61,157 nucleotides of DNA, taken from the IMG/VR virus record IMGVR_UViG_3300037467_000294, positions 1 through 61,157 of that record. One strand, given 5' to 3'. The first letter of the stretch is position 1. Each line of letters starts with the position of its first letter. The position numbers were made by a program, and so were the translations under genes. Under the pieces are notes generated by a model. The model did no database searches. It was given only the letters and a program-made list of their open reading frames with translations, and was not told where the DNA came from. Below, piece after piece: positions 48,015-55,308 of this stretch. This DNA comes from a virus (lineage: Duplodnaviria > Caudoviricetes).

Positions 48015-48511
48015 GTTTTGATAGACAAAGGCTGAAGGATAGATACGATGTGTGGTTGCGTAACGCCGTACTTTCTTGCTAGCGCAACGTCCGTTATGCC
48101 GCCAGCAGCAAACTCTTTACGAATTGCGTCCTTTGTAGCATCAGTCATACTCCTGAAAGTATCCCACCGAGCCCGCATCACCGTCTTCGCTTTTTCAAGC
48201 TTTATACGATGAATCTCTTCTACCACGTGAGCGGCAGGGTAAGCGCAGACACGCGGAGCTACGTATGCCTTCAGCGCATCTTCTGCGGCCTTTAGCGCTT
48301 CGAGTGCAGCGGTCTTAGCAGGGGTTGTCGTAGGTCCGTGGCGGACATCATCTGCTTCAGGTCCGGGTGGCATTGCATCCGCCGCCCGGTATGCAGCGTA
48401 CCTCGCTTCTGATTTCGCTGCGTAATATCTCTTACTAGCTGCATCTGCGACCTTACTAAGACGCTCGTGCTCTTCTGACAGAAACCACTTTCCATCGTGC
48501 TTACTTGCCAT
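48011..48511 (-). CDS. Hypothetical protein with C-terminal HTH
   Basis: TDVALARKYGVTQPHIVSI. Confidence 0.7.
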   Translation of the reverse strand: MASKHDGKWFLSEEHERLSKVADAASKRYYAAKSEARYAAYRAADAMPPGPEADDVRHGPTTTPAKTAALEALKAAEDALKAYVAPRVCAYPAAHVVEEIHRIKLEKAKTVMRARWDTFRSMTDATKDAIRKEFAAGGITDVALARKYGVTQPHIVSILQPLSIKT

Positions 48512-48553
48512 GATTTCTCCTTGGTTGGTTGGTAGAGAGGATTGTAGTGCTAC

Positions 48554-49108
48554 TTACGCCGCATCGCAAGCGTTTTGTCGCTGAAATTCACGCACGATGG
48601 TGTCCAGCTTCGCCCAGAGCACCGGGCAACCGCCGACGAGGGCTCCGTCCAGAAGTTCACGCGTCTCCGCAACGATGACGGGAGCGAATTTCGGGTCGTG
48701 CTCGATCACGGACGGTAGGTTGTCATAACGGTCCGCCAGCTTGATCGTCTTGACGATGGCCGGAGCATCCTTCAGGCGAGAGATTTCGAACGCTTTGCGC
48801 TCCGCACGCGCTGGGGCCGGTGCATCCCACTCGGTTTTCGTCAGCCAGCCGACGAGGACAGCCACGTCGTTGCCAAAATACTCGATGATTTGCTCCTGTG
48901 TGACGTGCGTGTCCTCGACAACATCATGCAACAGGCCAGCGACAAGCGTTTCAACGGTCTTGTGGCCGTGCGCGTCCAGAATTTCGCAGACACGTTTCGG
49001 GTGATGGTAGTAGTCCTCGCCCGTGTATTTGCGTTTCTGGCCCGCGTGTGCAGCCAGTGCGAAACCTGCTGCGCCTGCGATGATGGTCATATCGATTTCG
49101 TTACTCAT
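48554..49108 (-). CDS. HD-domain (p)ppGpp hydrolase-like protein (Mesh1/SAH type)
   Basis: AHAGQKRK..GEDYYHHP, LLHDVVEDT and IKLADRYDN. Confidence 0.88.
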   Translation of the reverse strand: MSNEIDMTIIAGAAGFALAAHAGQKRKYTGEDYYHHPKRVCEILDAHGHKTVETLVAGLLHDVVEDTHVTQEQIIEYFGNDVAVLVGWLTKTEWDAPAPARAERKAFEISRLKDAPAIVKTIKLADRYDNLPSVIEHDPKFAPVIVAETRELLDGALVGGCPVLWAKLDTIVREFQRQNACDAA

Positions 49109-49177
49109 TTTCTTCTCCTTTGGTAAAAGCCGGGACTCCCGGCACATAAAAATTTTTTGCGGCCCGCCTGCGGCGCT

Positions 49178-49843
49178 TTAAGCGTGCTCGAAGCGGTCCA
49201 CGACGTTTTTGACGGTCATGGCATGCCAGTCGCCGCCACGGGCGGTCTTGACCTTCATGGCATTCAATTCGAGCGCCATCGCCCGATACGACATCCCGGC
49301 GAGGATCATCCGCTGGATCATCGGACGCAGCTTGTCAGCGAACGCGTCGGCCTGCGCCGTCACGGCTACCGTCGCATATGCCACGGCTTTCGCACGAACT
49401 TCTGCGGTAGCCCCAAGCGTCTCGCCACGGGCCTTCTTGGCCTGCAAACCGGCCTTGGTGCGGTCCGCAATCATCTGACGCTCTTTCTCCGCCAAACCGG
49501 CGTAGATGTGCAGCGTGAACGGGTCAACGTCCTCGCCAAGCTGGGTCACGATGGTGCGGGGATTGTCGCGAACGTACGTGAGGATGAACACGGCGTCGCG
49601 GGAGAGACGGTCAAGCTTGTTGACGACGATGTAGGCGCCGATCTTCTTGGCCCGTTTGGTGATTTCGGCAAGCACAGGGCGCTCGTCATCTGCACCCGTG
49701 CGAACTTCCTTAACGATTTCGATCAGATCATAGCCGTTGTAGTGGGCGAACAGGCGGATTGCCTCTGCCTGTGCCTCCAGACCGTTTTTCGTCTTGCCCT
49801 GCTCCTTGGTCGATACGCGGGTGTAACCGATAAGCTTTTTCAT
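49178..49843 (-). CDS. Serine recombinase (resolvase plus short recombinase domain)
   Basis: GYTRVST, RPVL, KLDRLSRD and RGGDWH. Confidence 0.92.
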   Translation of the reverse strand: MKKLIGYTRVSTKEQGKTKNGLEAQAEAIRLFAHYNGYDLIEIVKEVRTGADDERPVLAEITKRAKKIGAYIVVNKLDRLSRDAVFILTYVRDNPRTIVTQLGEDVDPFTLHIYAGLAEKERQMIADRTKAGLQAKKARGETLGATAEVRAKAVAYATVAVTAQADAFADKLRPMIQRMILAGMSYRAMALELNAMKVKTARGGDWHAMTVKNVVDRFEHA

Positions 49844-49902
49844 GATGTCCTTCCATGCGTTGAGTTGCGATGGAAGGATTATCACGTATAAAACCTAGAC
49901 GG

Positions 49903-50298
49903 TCAAGCAGTTTTTGCAACTTTCGTATCTACGAAGGCGAGGGCCAGTTCGGACTTCTGTTCTGCCAGCAGCGTATCGAGCATCGCCTCCTGCTCTTGCG
50001 TCGTGTGGAGGTTCTGCTCAGGCAGCTTGCCGAACACTTTCAGGTACTTGCGGCGGATGCGCTCTTTGCGGAAGATCGTGGAGATTTCAGCTTTGATGCG
50101 GAGTTGCATCTCAACTGCCTTCTCCAGTTTGCGCTCGTGCTTCCGGCGATCTGCGCATGCTTCCACGAAATACGCCATCTCGCCTTGCTTGCGCCAATGT
50201 GCTGCTTCCAGCTTGCATTCCTTGACGGCAAATTGCAGCAGGGTAATGACATCAGCGTTCAGTTTCAGCGAATTGCGCAGGATCGACAGGTTGCTCAT
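49903..50298 (-). CDS. Hypothetical protein
   Basis: 131-aa ORF with GGAG RBS. Confidence 0.7.
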   Translation of the reverse strand: MSNLSILRNSLKLNADVITLLQFAVKECKLEAAHWRKQGEMAYFVEACADRRKHERKLEKAVEMQLRIKAEISTIFRKERIRRKYLKVFGKLPEQNLHTTQEQEAMLDTLLAEQKSELALAFVDTKVAKTA

Positions 50299-50433
50299 CT
50301 ATTTCTACTCCAAGTTGTAGGTTGTTTGTTCTCGGCTTGTTGCCGACAGGAATAATTATGCCCCATGAGTGCGGAAACGGAACAGGAATTTTATAGCTGT
50401 GTTGTTTCCGCACATCAACGTGCGAACAGACAA

Positions 50434-50721
50434 TTATTTTCCGTCAGATTTACCCCATCTGGCTTGACGGGCCTTTGCCAAACTGTCAGCTTTCGACTGT
50501 TTCGGCGTCTGATCCTGCACACTGCCAACGTTCGTGCGAAGACGCTGCACAGTGTCGTTGCTCCGCTCAAGCGTTACGGTGTACGTTCCGCCCCAGAGTC
50601 CGATGACATCCCCCGGATTCGACTTGCTGATGGCCCAGCCATCCATGATCTTCAGTTCCAACTCCTTCAGGAATGCGACGAAGTTGGCTTCGGTGATGTC
50701 TTGATAGATGATGTCGTTCAT
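50434..50721 (-). CDS. Hypothetical protein
   Basis: Start MNDII with AAGGAGG RBS. Confidence 0.75.
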   Translation of the reverse strand: MNDIIYQDITEANFVAFLKELELKIMDGWAISKSNPGDVIGLWGGTYTVTLERSNDTVQRLRTNVGSVQDQTPKQSKADSLAKARQARWGKSDGK

Positions 50722-50752
50722 TGATACCTCCTTGTTTATGTAAGTAAGGAAC

Positions 50753-50813
50753 ATTATATATTACTTGTTAAAATATGTCAATGGTTGACAAAAGAAGGTA
50801 CGTAGTGTAACAT
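50753..50813. promoter_or_regulatory. Back-to-back divergent sigma70 promoters
   Basis: Minus TTGACA-17-TATAAT (50753-50781); plus TTGACA-17-TAACAT (50785-50813). Confidence 0.8.
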
Positions 50814-50992
50814 ACGACCGAACGAGCGCAGCGAGTGAGGGAGTAAAGGAAGGAAAGAAGTAATATTTATAAACTACTACTATATGTTCCCTGAAGGGGA
50901 ACAATAAATAGGTAGTTAAGTAATACTATAGATATACTATAACATAGTCAATAGATAATAAATAGTAATGTATCTATAGATGTTGCGTAAAG

Positions 50993-51021
50993 TTGACAAA
51001 ATGGTGTACGTAGTATATACT
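50993..51021 (+). promoter_or_regulatory. Sigma70 promoter
   Basis: TTGACA-17 bp-TATACT. Confidence 0.8.
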
Positions 51022-51044
51022 AAGAACTTTCAGGAGTAGCAGGT

Positions 51045-51389
51045 ATGGCAGTAGCACTACGAGAGGGTCAAATCTTCGTGAAGAAGAAGCATGAGCTTGC
51101 TGACCTCGCAAAAGCTCTGGACAGAGTTACGATGGACTCCATCGCATTGATGGAAGCGTCGCTTGCAGACGCAGAAAACAAGCTGACGCTGAAGGAACGT
51201 CTGAAGTTGGCTGAAACGATCCTCGATCTGAAGATTCGTATCACTGACCAGATCAACAAGGACGAGCTGAACCGTCAGATCGCAGAAATCAAGGCGAAGG
51301 GTGTGAGCACTCCGCTCGTTCCCGGTGAAGGTGATAAACCGAAACCCAGTGCTCCCCGCCTCGATATGAATACCATCCAATCCGTATGA
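51045..51389 (+). CDS. Helical hypothetical protein (possible terminase small subunit)
   Basis: First gene of the rightward arm; function inferred from size and position only. Confidence 0.6.
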   Translation: MAVALREGQIFVKKKHELADLAKALDRVTMDSIALMEASLADAENKLTLKERLKLAETILDLKIRITDQINKDELNRQIAEIKAKGVSTPLVPGEGDKPKPSAPRLDMNTIQSV

Positions 51390-51413
51390 CCACATTAACC
51401 CAAGGAGTAGAAA

Positions 51414-51782
51414 ATGGCGAAGAGCTGGAGTGAATTGACCTTGGACGAAGCAGTAGAACGGGCCAAAGGCATCTCCCGCCAAGCCCTTCACATCGCGATC
51501 AAAACGTACACAGCCAATGGCCGTACCGATATCGTAGAACAGCTTCGTCTCGTACGCAAGACCCTGAAGCGTGATAAACGCATCGCGAAGGTAGGTAAGG
51601 AGGCAGTCGAAGCCAAGGAAGCCTCAACGGCTGCATACGAGGCCCGTGTCGCGAAGATCAAGCAGATCAAGGCCCAGTTGGCGAGTGGCAGTTCTGTAGC
51701 GCAGGTAGCGAAGGATAACAACGCATCGTACGCTGTAGTCTACAGTATCGCAAAAGGGAAGACATGGGGCCGCTTGCGGTAA
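51414..51782 (+). CDS. Putative DNA-binding protein (C-terminal HTH)
   Basis: SVAQVAKDNNASYAVVYSIAKGKTW. Confidence 0.7.
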   Translation: MAKSWSELTLDEAVERAKGISRQALHIAIKTYTANGRTDIVEQLRLVRKTLKRDKRIAKVGKEAVEAKEASTAAYEARVAKIKQIKAQLASGSSVAQVAKDNNASYAVVYSIAKGKTWGRLR

Positions 51783-51785
51783 AAC

Positions 51786-51814
51786 TTGACAAGTAAGGGT
51801 TCATAGTGTAAGAT
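51786..51814 (+). promoter_or_regulatory. Promoter of the sRNA/tRNA operon
   Basis: TTGACA-17 bp-TAAGAT. Confidence 0.8.
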
Positions 51815-51865
51815 AGCAGTACGTAAGAGATAAAGCAGCCAGAAGAAACCGCTGGGTGCAGAATT

Positions 51866-52040
51866 AGAGTAGTCGCCACTTGATTTAATTTCCGAAAGGA
51901 GGTTGATCCTATCTCGATAGGCTCTAGCGTTGCAGGAGCCTTGGCGAAGTTACCGTCCCCGAAACGACACGCTACGGATTGCTCCAGTGTTGTCGTAGGC
52001 GACTACTCTTCCGTTGTTCTCCTTGGGTTGGTTGCCCGCT
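51866..52040 (+). ncRNA. Candidate structured sRNA
   Basis: 12-bp closing stem 51866-51877/51998-52009 with internal hairpins; no credible ORF. Confidence 0.55.
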
Positions 52041-52080
52041 GGCGCTTCGGCGTCCCCGTAAAAGTAAGCGGGACGAATTT

Positions 52081-52156
52081 GCCGTCTTAGCTCAGTTGGT
52101 AGAGCGACTGCCTTGTAAGCAGTGGGTCGAGGGTTCAAATCCTTCAGTCGGCACCA
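52081..52156 (+). tRNA. tRNA-Thr(TGT)
   Basis: Cloverleaf, loop CT-TGT-AA, CCA. Confidence 0.92.
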
Positions 52157-52225
52157 GAGCAGAGGGTTCCCGGTGCACTATACGAACCGGGTAGTGAAGG
52201 GAACACACGATAAAAACCGCACAAT

Positions 52226-52299
52226 CTGGGTGTAGGATAATGGTAGTCATCCTGTCTTGGATACAGGAAGCGCAAGTTCGATTCTTGCCACCCAGACCA
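52226..52299 (+). tRNA. tRNA-Pro(TGG)
   Basis: Cloverleaf, loop CT-TGG-AT, CCA. Confidence 0.9.
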
Positions 52300-52323
52300 G
52301 AATTCAGCGCGTAAGCGCAAAGC

Positions 52324-52352
52324 TTGACAAATAGTGCCACGTATGCTAATAT
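52324..52352 (+). promoter_or_regulatory. Internal sigma70 promoter in the tRNA cluster
   Basis: TTGACA-17 bp-TAATAT. Confidence 0.7.
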
Positions 52353-52458
52353 GTCACTACTTGTCGCTGTAGCAGAGTAATCGCAGAAGCGGCGTGAGTT
52401 AATCTACTCTCACTGAGGACGCCTGTACTCCAAGAAACAGAAGCAGGACAAGAACAAT

Positions 52459-52532
52459 TGCGGTGTGGTGTAACGGTTAGCACAATGGGCTCATAATCCG
52501 AAAGACCAGTTCGAATCTGGCATCCGCAACCA
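52459..52532 (+). tRNA. tRNA-Met(CAT), possibly initiator
   Basis: Loop CT-CAT-AA, TTCGAAT, CCA; imperfect anticodon stem. Confidence 0.78.
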
Positions 52533-52641
52533 AGATACGGTGTGACTGTTAGCCGTAGGCGTCATAGAGCGTCTGAACCCGACAGCACAGCTTAGCCTGA
52601 GCGAAATGATGGCCTCGCGGTGCAACGCTGCGTCGAACAAT

Positions 52642-52720
52642 TGTGTAGAATCCGAGCAAGGTGCATGGACCTGCCTGTTAAGCAGAGGTTAGAGTGGTTC
52701 GATTCCACTGTACACAGCCA
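52642..52720 (+). tRNA. tRNA-Asn(GTT)
   Basis: Loop CT-GTT-AA, TTCGATT, GCCA. Confidence 0.8.
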
Positions 52721-52735
52721 AGATAAGGGAAGAGT

Positions 52736-53020
52736 ATGTCAATCATTTTGTTTGTAGCCCTATGTGTGCTCCAGATGTGCGACGTGTACTCCACGAAACG
52801 CTTGCTGGATGCCAGTGTAGCACACGAGGCGAACCCTGTCATGCGTTTCATAATTGATAAGGTAGGAACTGTAGCAGGACTCATCTTGCCGAAGCTGGTA
52901 GTGCTGGCTCTGGCGTGTGCGTTCCTGATGCAACTGCCAGTTATCCTCGCGGCATTGTGCGCAGTGTATGTAGCAGTGGTAACGAACAACTTACGCCTGA
53001 TGCGGAAGCTGATTAAATGA
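52736..53020 (+). CDS. Membrane protein (DUF5658-like) within the tRNA cluster
   Basis: D..ST...EANP motif and three TM segments. Confidence 0.75.
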   Translation: MSIILFVALCVLQMCDVYSTKRLLDASVAHEANPVMRFIIDKVGTVAGLILPKLVVLALACAFLMQLPVILAALCAVYVAVVTNNLRLMRKLIK

Positions 53021-53022
53021 AT

Positions 53023-53098
53023 GCTGTGTTAGCTCAATTGGGAGAGCGCTTGATTGTCAATCAAGGGGTAGCGGGATCGAAACCCGCACATAGCGCCA
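53023..53098 (+). tRNA. tRNA-Asp(GTC)
   Basis: Cloverleaf, loop TT-GTC-AA, T-loop ATCGAAA. Confidence 0.88.
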
Positions 53099-53168
53099 GA
53101 GTTCGGGCCTGTCGGTGAACAGGATAGAGAAAGGGTAGCGGACTAGGCTACTCCCCGAAAGTAACAAT

Positions 53169-53241
53169 GCGGCCTATCTACTGGGATAGGGCTTTGCCTT
53201 CCAAGCAAATGAAAACGGTTCGAATCCGTTAGGCCGCTCCA
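53169..53241 (+). tRNA. tRNA-Gly(TCC)
   Basis: GCG acceptor, loop CT-TCC-AA, TCCA end. Confidence 0.88.
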
Positions 53242-53341
53242 GAGCACTTCGTAAGAAGCGCAGCCCGTCGCCTAATCGGCACGGAACTTCCCGACAAGGA
53301 CAGGTTGCCCGTCACCCTGAAAAGAAAACGGCCTGAATAAT

Positions 53342-53418
53342 GCGGACTTGACGGAACTGGTTTACGTGCTTGCCTCAGAAGCAAGATTTTGTGGGTTCGA
53401 CTCCCACAGTCCGTACCA
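53342..53418 (+). tRNA. tRNA-Leu(CAG), short variable arm
   Basis: Loop CT-CAG-AA, ACCA end. Confidence 0.85.
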
Positions 53419-53426
53419 AATACAAT

Positions 53427-53509
53427 GTGCGAGTGGCTTGGGTAAATCGGTACAGCCAGTAGGCTCAAACCCTACGCTCTTGTCGGTTCGAATCCGGCCT
53501 TGCATACCA
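53427..53509 (+). tRNA. tRNA-Leu(CAA)
   Basis: GTAGG-CTCAAAC-CCTAC arm, TTCGAAT, ACCA. Confidence 0.8.
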
Positions 53510-53514
53510 ACAGT

Positions 53515-53588
53515 GGTGACGATAGTGTAATGGGAGCATAACTGTCTGTGAAACAGTTGGAGAGGGATCGAAACCCAGCGTCACACCA
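53515..53588 (+). tRNA. tRNA-His(GTG)
   Basis: Loop CT-GTG-AA, T-loop ATCGAAA, CCA. Confidence 0.8.
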
Positions 53589-53591
53589 AAA

Positions 53592-53736
53592 TTTATTTAC
53601 TCAGATGTAAGGCTAAGCGGGACGGGTTCGATTCCTGTCAGGGTTCGCGTGTCAAATTGACTAGCCTTGATGCTACCGTAAGGTCGCTCCTTACGAAATT
53701 CTACGACTAGCAACCGTAGGCATCTGCGTAAGTAAA
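53592..53736 (+). ncRNA. Candidate tRNA-like ncRNA with an internal T-arm
   Basis: Closing stem TTTATTTACTCAGATG/CATCTGCGTAAGTAAA; GACGGG-TTCGATT-CCTGTC arm; no anticodon arm or CCA. Confidence 0.5.
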
Positions 53737-53739
53737 TTT

Positions 53740-53814
53740 GTGCCTCTAGCTGAGATGGATTAGCGTTTGCCTGAAAAGCATTCGAGGATGGATCGTTACC
53801 ATCGGGGCGCACCA
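53740..53814 (+). tRNA. tRNA-Phe(GAA)
   Basis: Loop CT-GAA-AA, T-loop ATCGTTA, ACCA. Confidence 0.8.
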
Positions 53815-53824
53815 AACAGACAAT

Positions 53825-53916
53825 GCGTGTAAGCCGAATATTGGTTAAGTCGGCGCTGACTGTAAATCAGTAGTGGGCTCGACCCGGTGGAGGTTCAATT
53901 CCTTCTGCACGCACCA
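53825..53916 (+). tRNA. tRNA-Tyr(GTA)
   Basis: Loop CT-GTA-AA, long variable arm, ACCA. Confidence 0.88.
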
Positions 53917-53923
53917 TAACAAT

Positions 53924-54000
53924 ATCGTAATCGTCTAACGGACTAGGACAGCTTGGCTTTCAACCTTGCGATGCGGATTCGAATTCCGCTTACGATACCA
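53924..54000 (+). tRNA. tRNA-Glu(TTC)
   Basis: Loop CT-TTC-AA, TTCGAAT, CCA. Confidence 0.85.
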
Positions 54001-54094
54001 GTACATTTAAATCAGGCGCAGCCAACGGCACCCTCCCAGCGCTAGGAGGCGTCTGACTTAAACGTATTTATAAACTTACTCTGGGAGGGGTAAT

Positions 54095-54631
54095 ATGCAG
54101 GAAGTGGTATTAAGGTTGCTTGTAGATGAAGGCTACACAACAAGGCAGATTGCAGAAAAACTAGACACATGCCAAACTAATGTGAGGCACTATCTGGCGA
54201 AATATGATCTTAAAACAAAATATACGAGAACAGAAGAAGCAAAACGCCACTGTCTAGAGTGCGGGAAGCAACTTGGAAGAACCCGTGGAAGGCTTGTAAG
54301 GACGTATTGCAACGCTAAGTGTCACCAAGCATCTATCTTCAAAGGCCGCTTGGAAAACTGGCTGGCGACTGGATGTTTCCACCACAACGATACTGTAAAG
54401 AAGCTGCTGATAGCCGTTGATGGTGAAAAGTGTAGTGTATGCGGCGTCAACGAGTGGTGTGGAAAGAAGTTGTCGCTAGAAGTAGATCATAAAGATGGTA
54501 ATAGCGAAGATTCAAGCTACACCAACGTGCGTCTCATCTGCCCGAATTGTCATTCGCAGACTGATACGTACAAAGCAAAGAATAAAGGAAACGGCAGAGC
54601 GTACAGACGCAAAGCCGCAATGGTGGGTTAA
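54095..54631 (+). CDS. HNH endonuclease with N-terminal HTH, in the tRNA cluster
   Basis: CSVC...LEVDHKDGN...NVRLICPNCH. Confidence 0.9.
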   Translation: MQEVVLRLLVDEGYTTRQIAEKLDTCQTNVRHYLAKYDLKTKYTRTEEAKRHCLECGKQLGRTRGRLVRTYCNAKCHQASIFKGRLENWLATGCFHHNDTVKKLLIAVDGEKCSVCGVNEWCGKKLSLEVDHKDGNSEDSSYTNVRLICPNCHSQTDTYKAKNKGNGRAYRRKAAMVG

Positions 54632-54697
54632 CTCAGTAGGTAGAGTTCCTGTTTTACACGCAGGCTGTCGGCGGTTCGAGCCCGTCACCCACTACCA
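54622..54697 (+). tRNA. tRNA-Val(TAC)
   Basis: Cloverleaf, loop TT-TAC-AC, ACCA. Confidence 0.92.
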
Positions 54698-54703
54698 TAC
54701 ATT

Positions 54704-54777
54704 GGGCTTGAGCGTAGGTTACGTCGTCCTCCCTTGCACGGAGCGATGCTGGGTTTCGATTACCCACAGGTCCACCA
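54704..54777 (+). tRNA. tRNA-Ala(TGC)
   Basis: G3:U70 pair, loop CT-TGC-AC, ACCA. Confidence 0.82.
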
Positions 54778-54783
54778 GACAAT

Positions 54784-54856
54784 ACGTGATCCGAGGGATA
54801 TCGGCTCTGGCGCTACGAACGCTGGCTGGGTGGTTCGACTCCATCATTACGTGCCA
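54784..54856 (+). tRNA. tRNA-Arg(ACG)
   Basis: Loop CT-ACG-AA, TTCGACT, GCCA. Confidence 0.8.
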
Positions 54857-54861
54857 GATAT

Positions 54862-54951
54862 GGAAGATTAACCAGCCGGGGCGCTGGCGGGCTTTGCTAA
54901 AGCTTTGGTGCGTGTCGAGCGCATGGCAGTCGGGATGTCAATCTTCCGCCA
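54862..54951 (+). tRNA. tRNA-Ser(GCT)
   Basis: GGAAGAT acceptor, long variable arm, GCCA; degenerate T-loop GTCGGGA. Confidence 0.78.
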
Positions 54952-54962
54952 GAATAGAATAT

Positions 54963-55054
54963 GGAGACTCAATCCGATTGGCGACGGAACCGGCCTTGAA
55001 AGCCGTGCGAGCTAGAAGTAGCCTTGGGAGTTCGACTCTACCCAGTCTCCGCCA
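54963..55054 (+). tRNA. tRNA-Ser(TGA)
   Basis: Loop CT-TGA-AA, long variable arm, GCCA. Confidence 0.85.
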
Positions 55055-55142
55055 AAATAGGTTGGCCGTAAATTTGTGTGCACACGAAGAACGGCGTGAT
55101 GGTACTAATGTACATGACAGGTCGAGAAAGATCGACACGAAT

Positions 55143-55218
55143 AGTCCCGTAGTTTAACTGGTTAAAACGGTGGACCGATAATCCACTAATCTGTGTTCGA
55201 TCCACAGTAGGACTACCA
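55143..55218 (+). tRNA. tRNA-Ile(GAT)
   Basis: Loop CC-GAT-AA, TTCGATC, ACCA. Confidence 0.85.
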
Positions 55219-55226
55219 AGAACAAT

Positions 55227-55301
55227 TCCCGGCAAATCGACAAGGGCAGATACTACTCTTTGAAAGTAGGTGGCTTGGAGCGTTACCAAGGCTGGGTGCC
55301 A
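55227..55301 (+). tRNA. tRNA-Gln(TTG)
   Basis: Loop CT-TTG-AA, T-loop AGCGTTA, GCCA. Confidence 0.78.
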
Positions 55302-55308
55302 ACGCTAT

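Noticed and set aside
49178-50298. IS607-type element or prophage integrase
   Set aside because: There is no N-terminal HTH of IS607 TnpA and no tnpB, the protein is too short for a large serine integrase, and no host junction is visible.
51895-51909. 16S rRNA gene fragment on the minus strand
   Set aside because: Only about 14 nt match the 16S 3' end, and the flanks are not rRNA-like.
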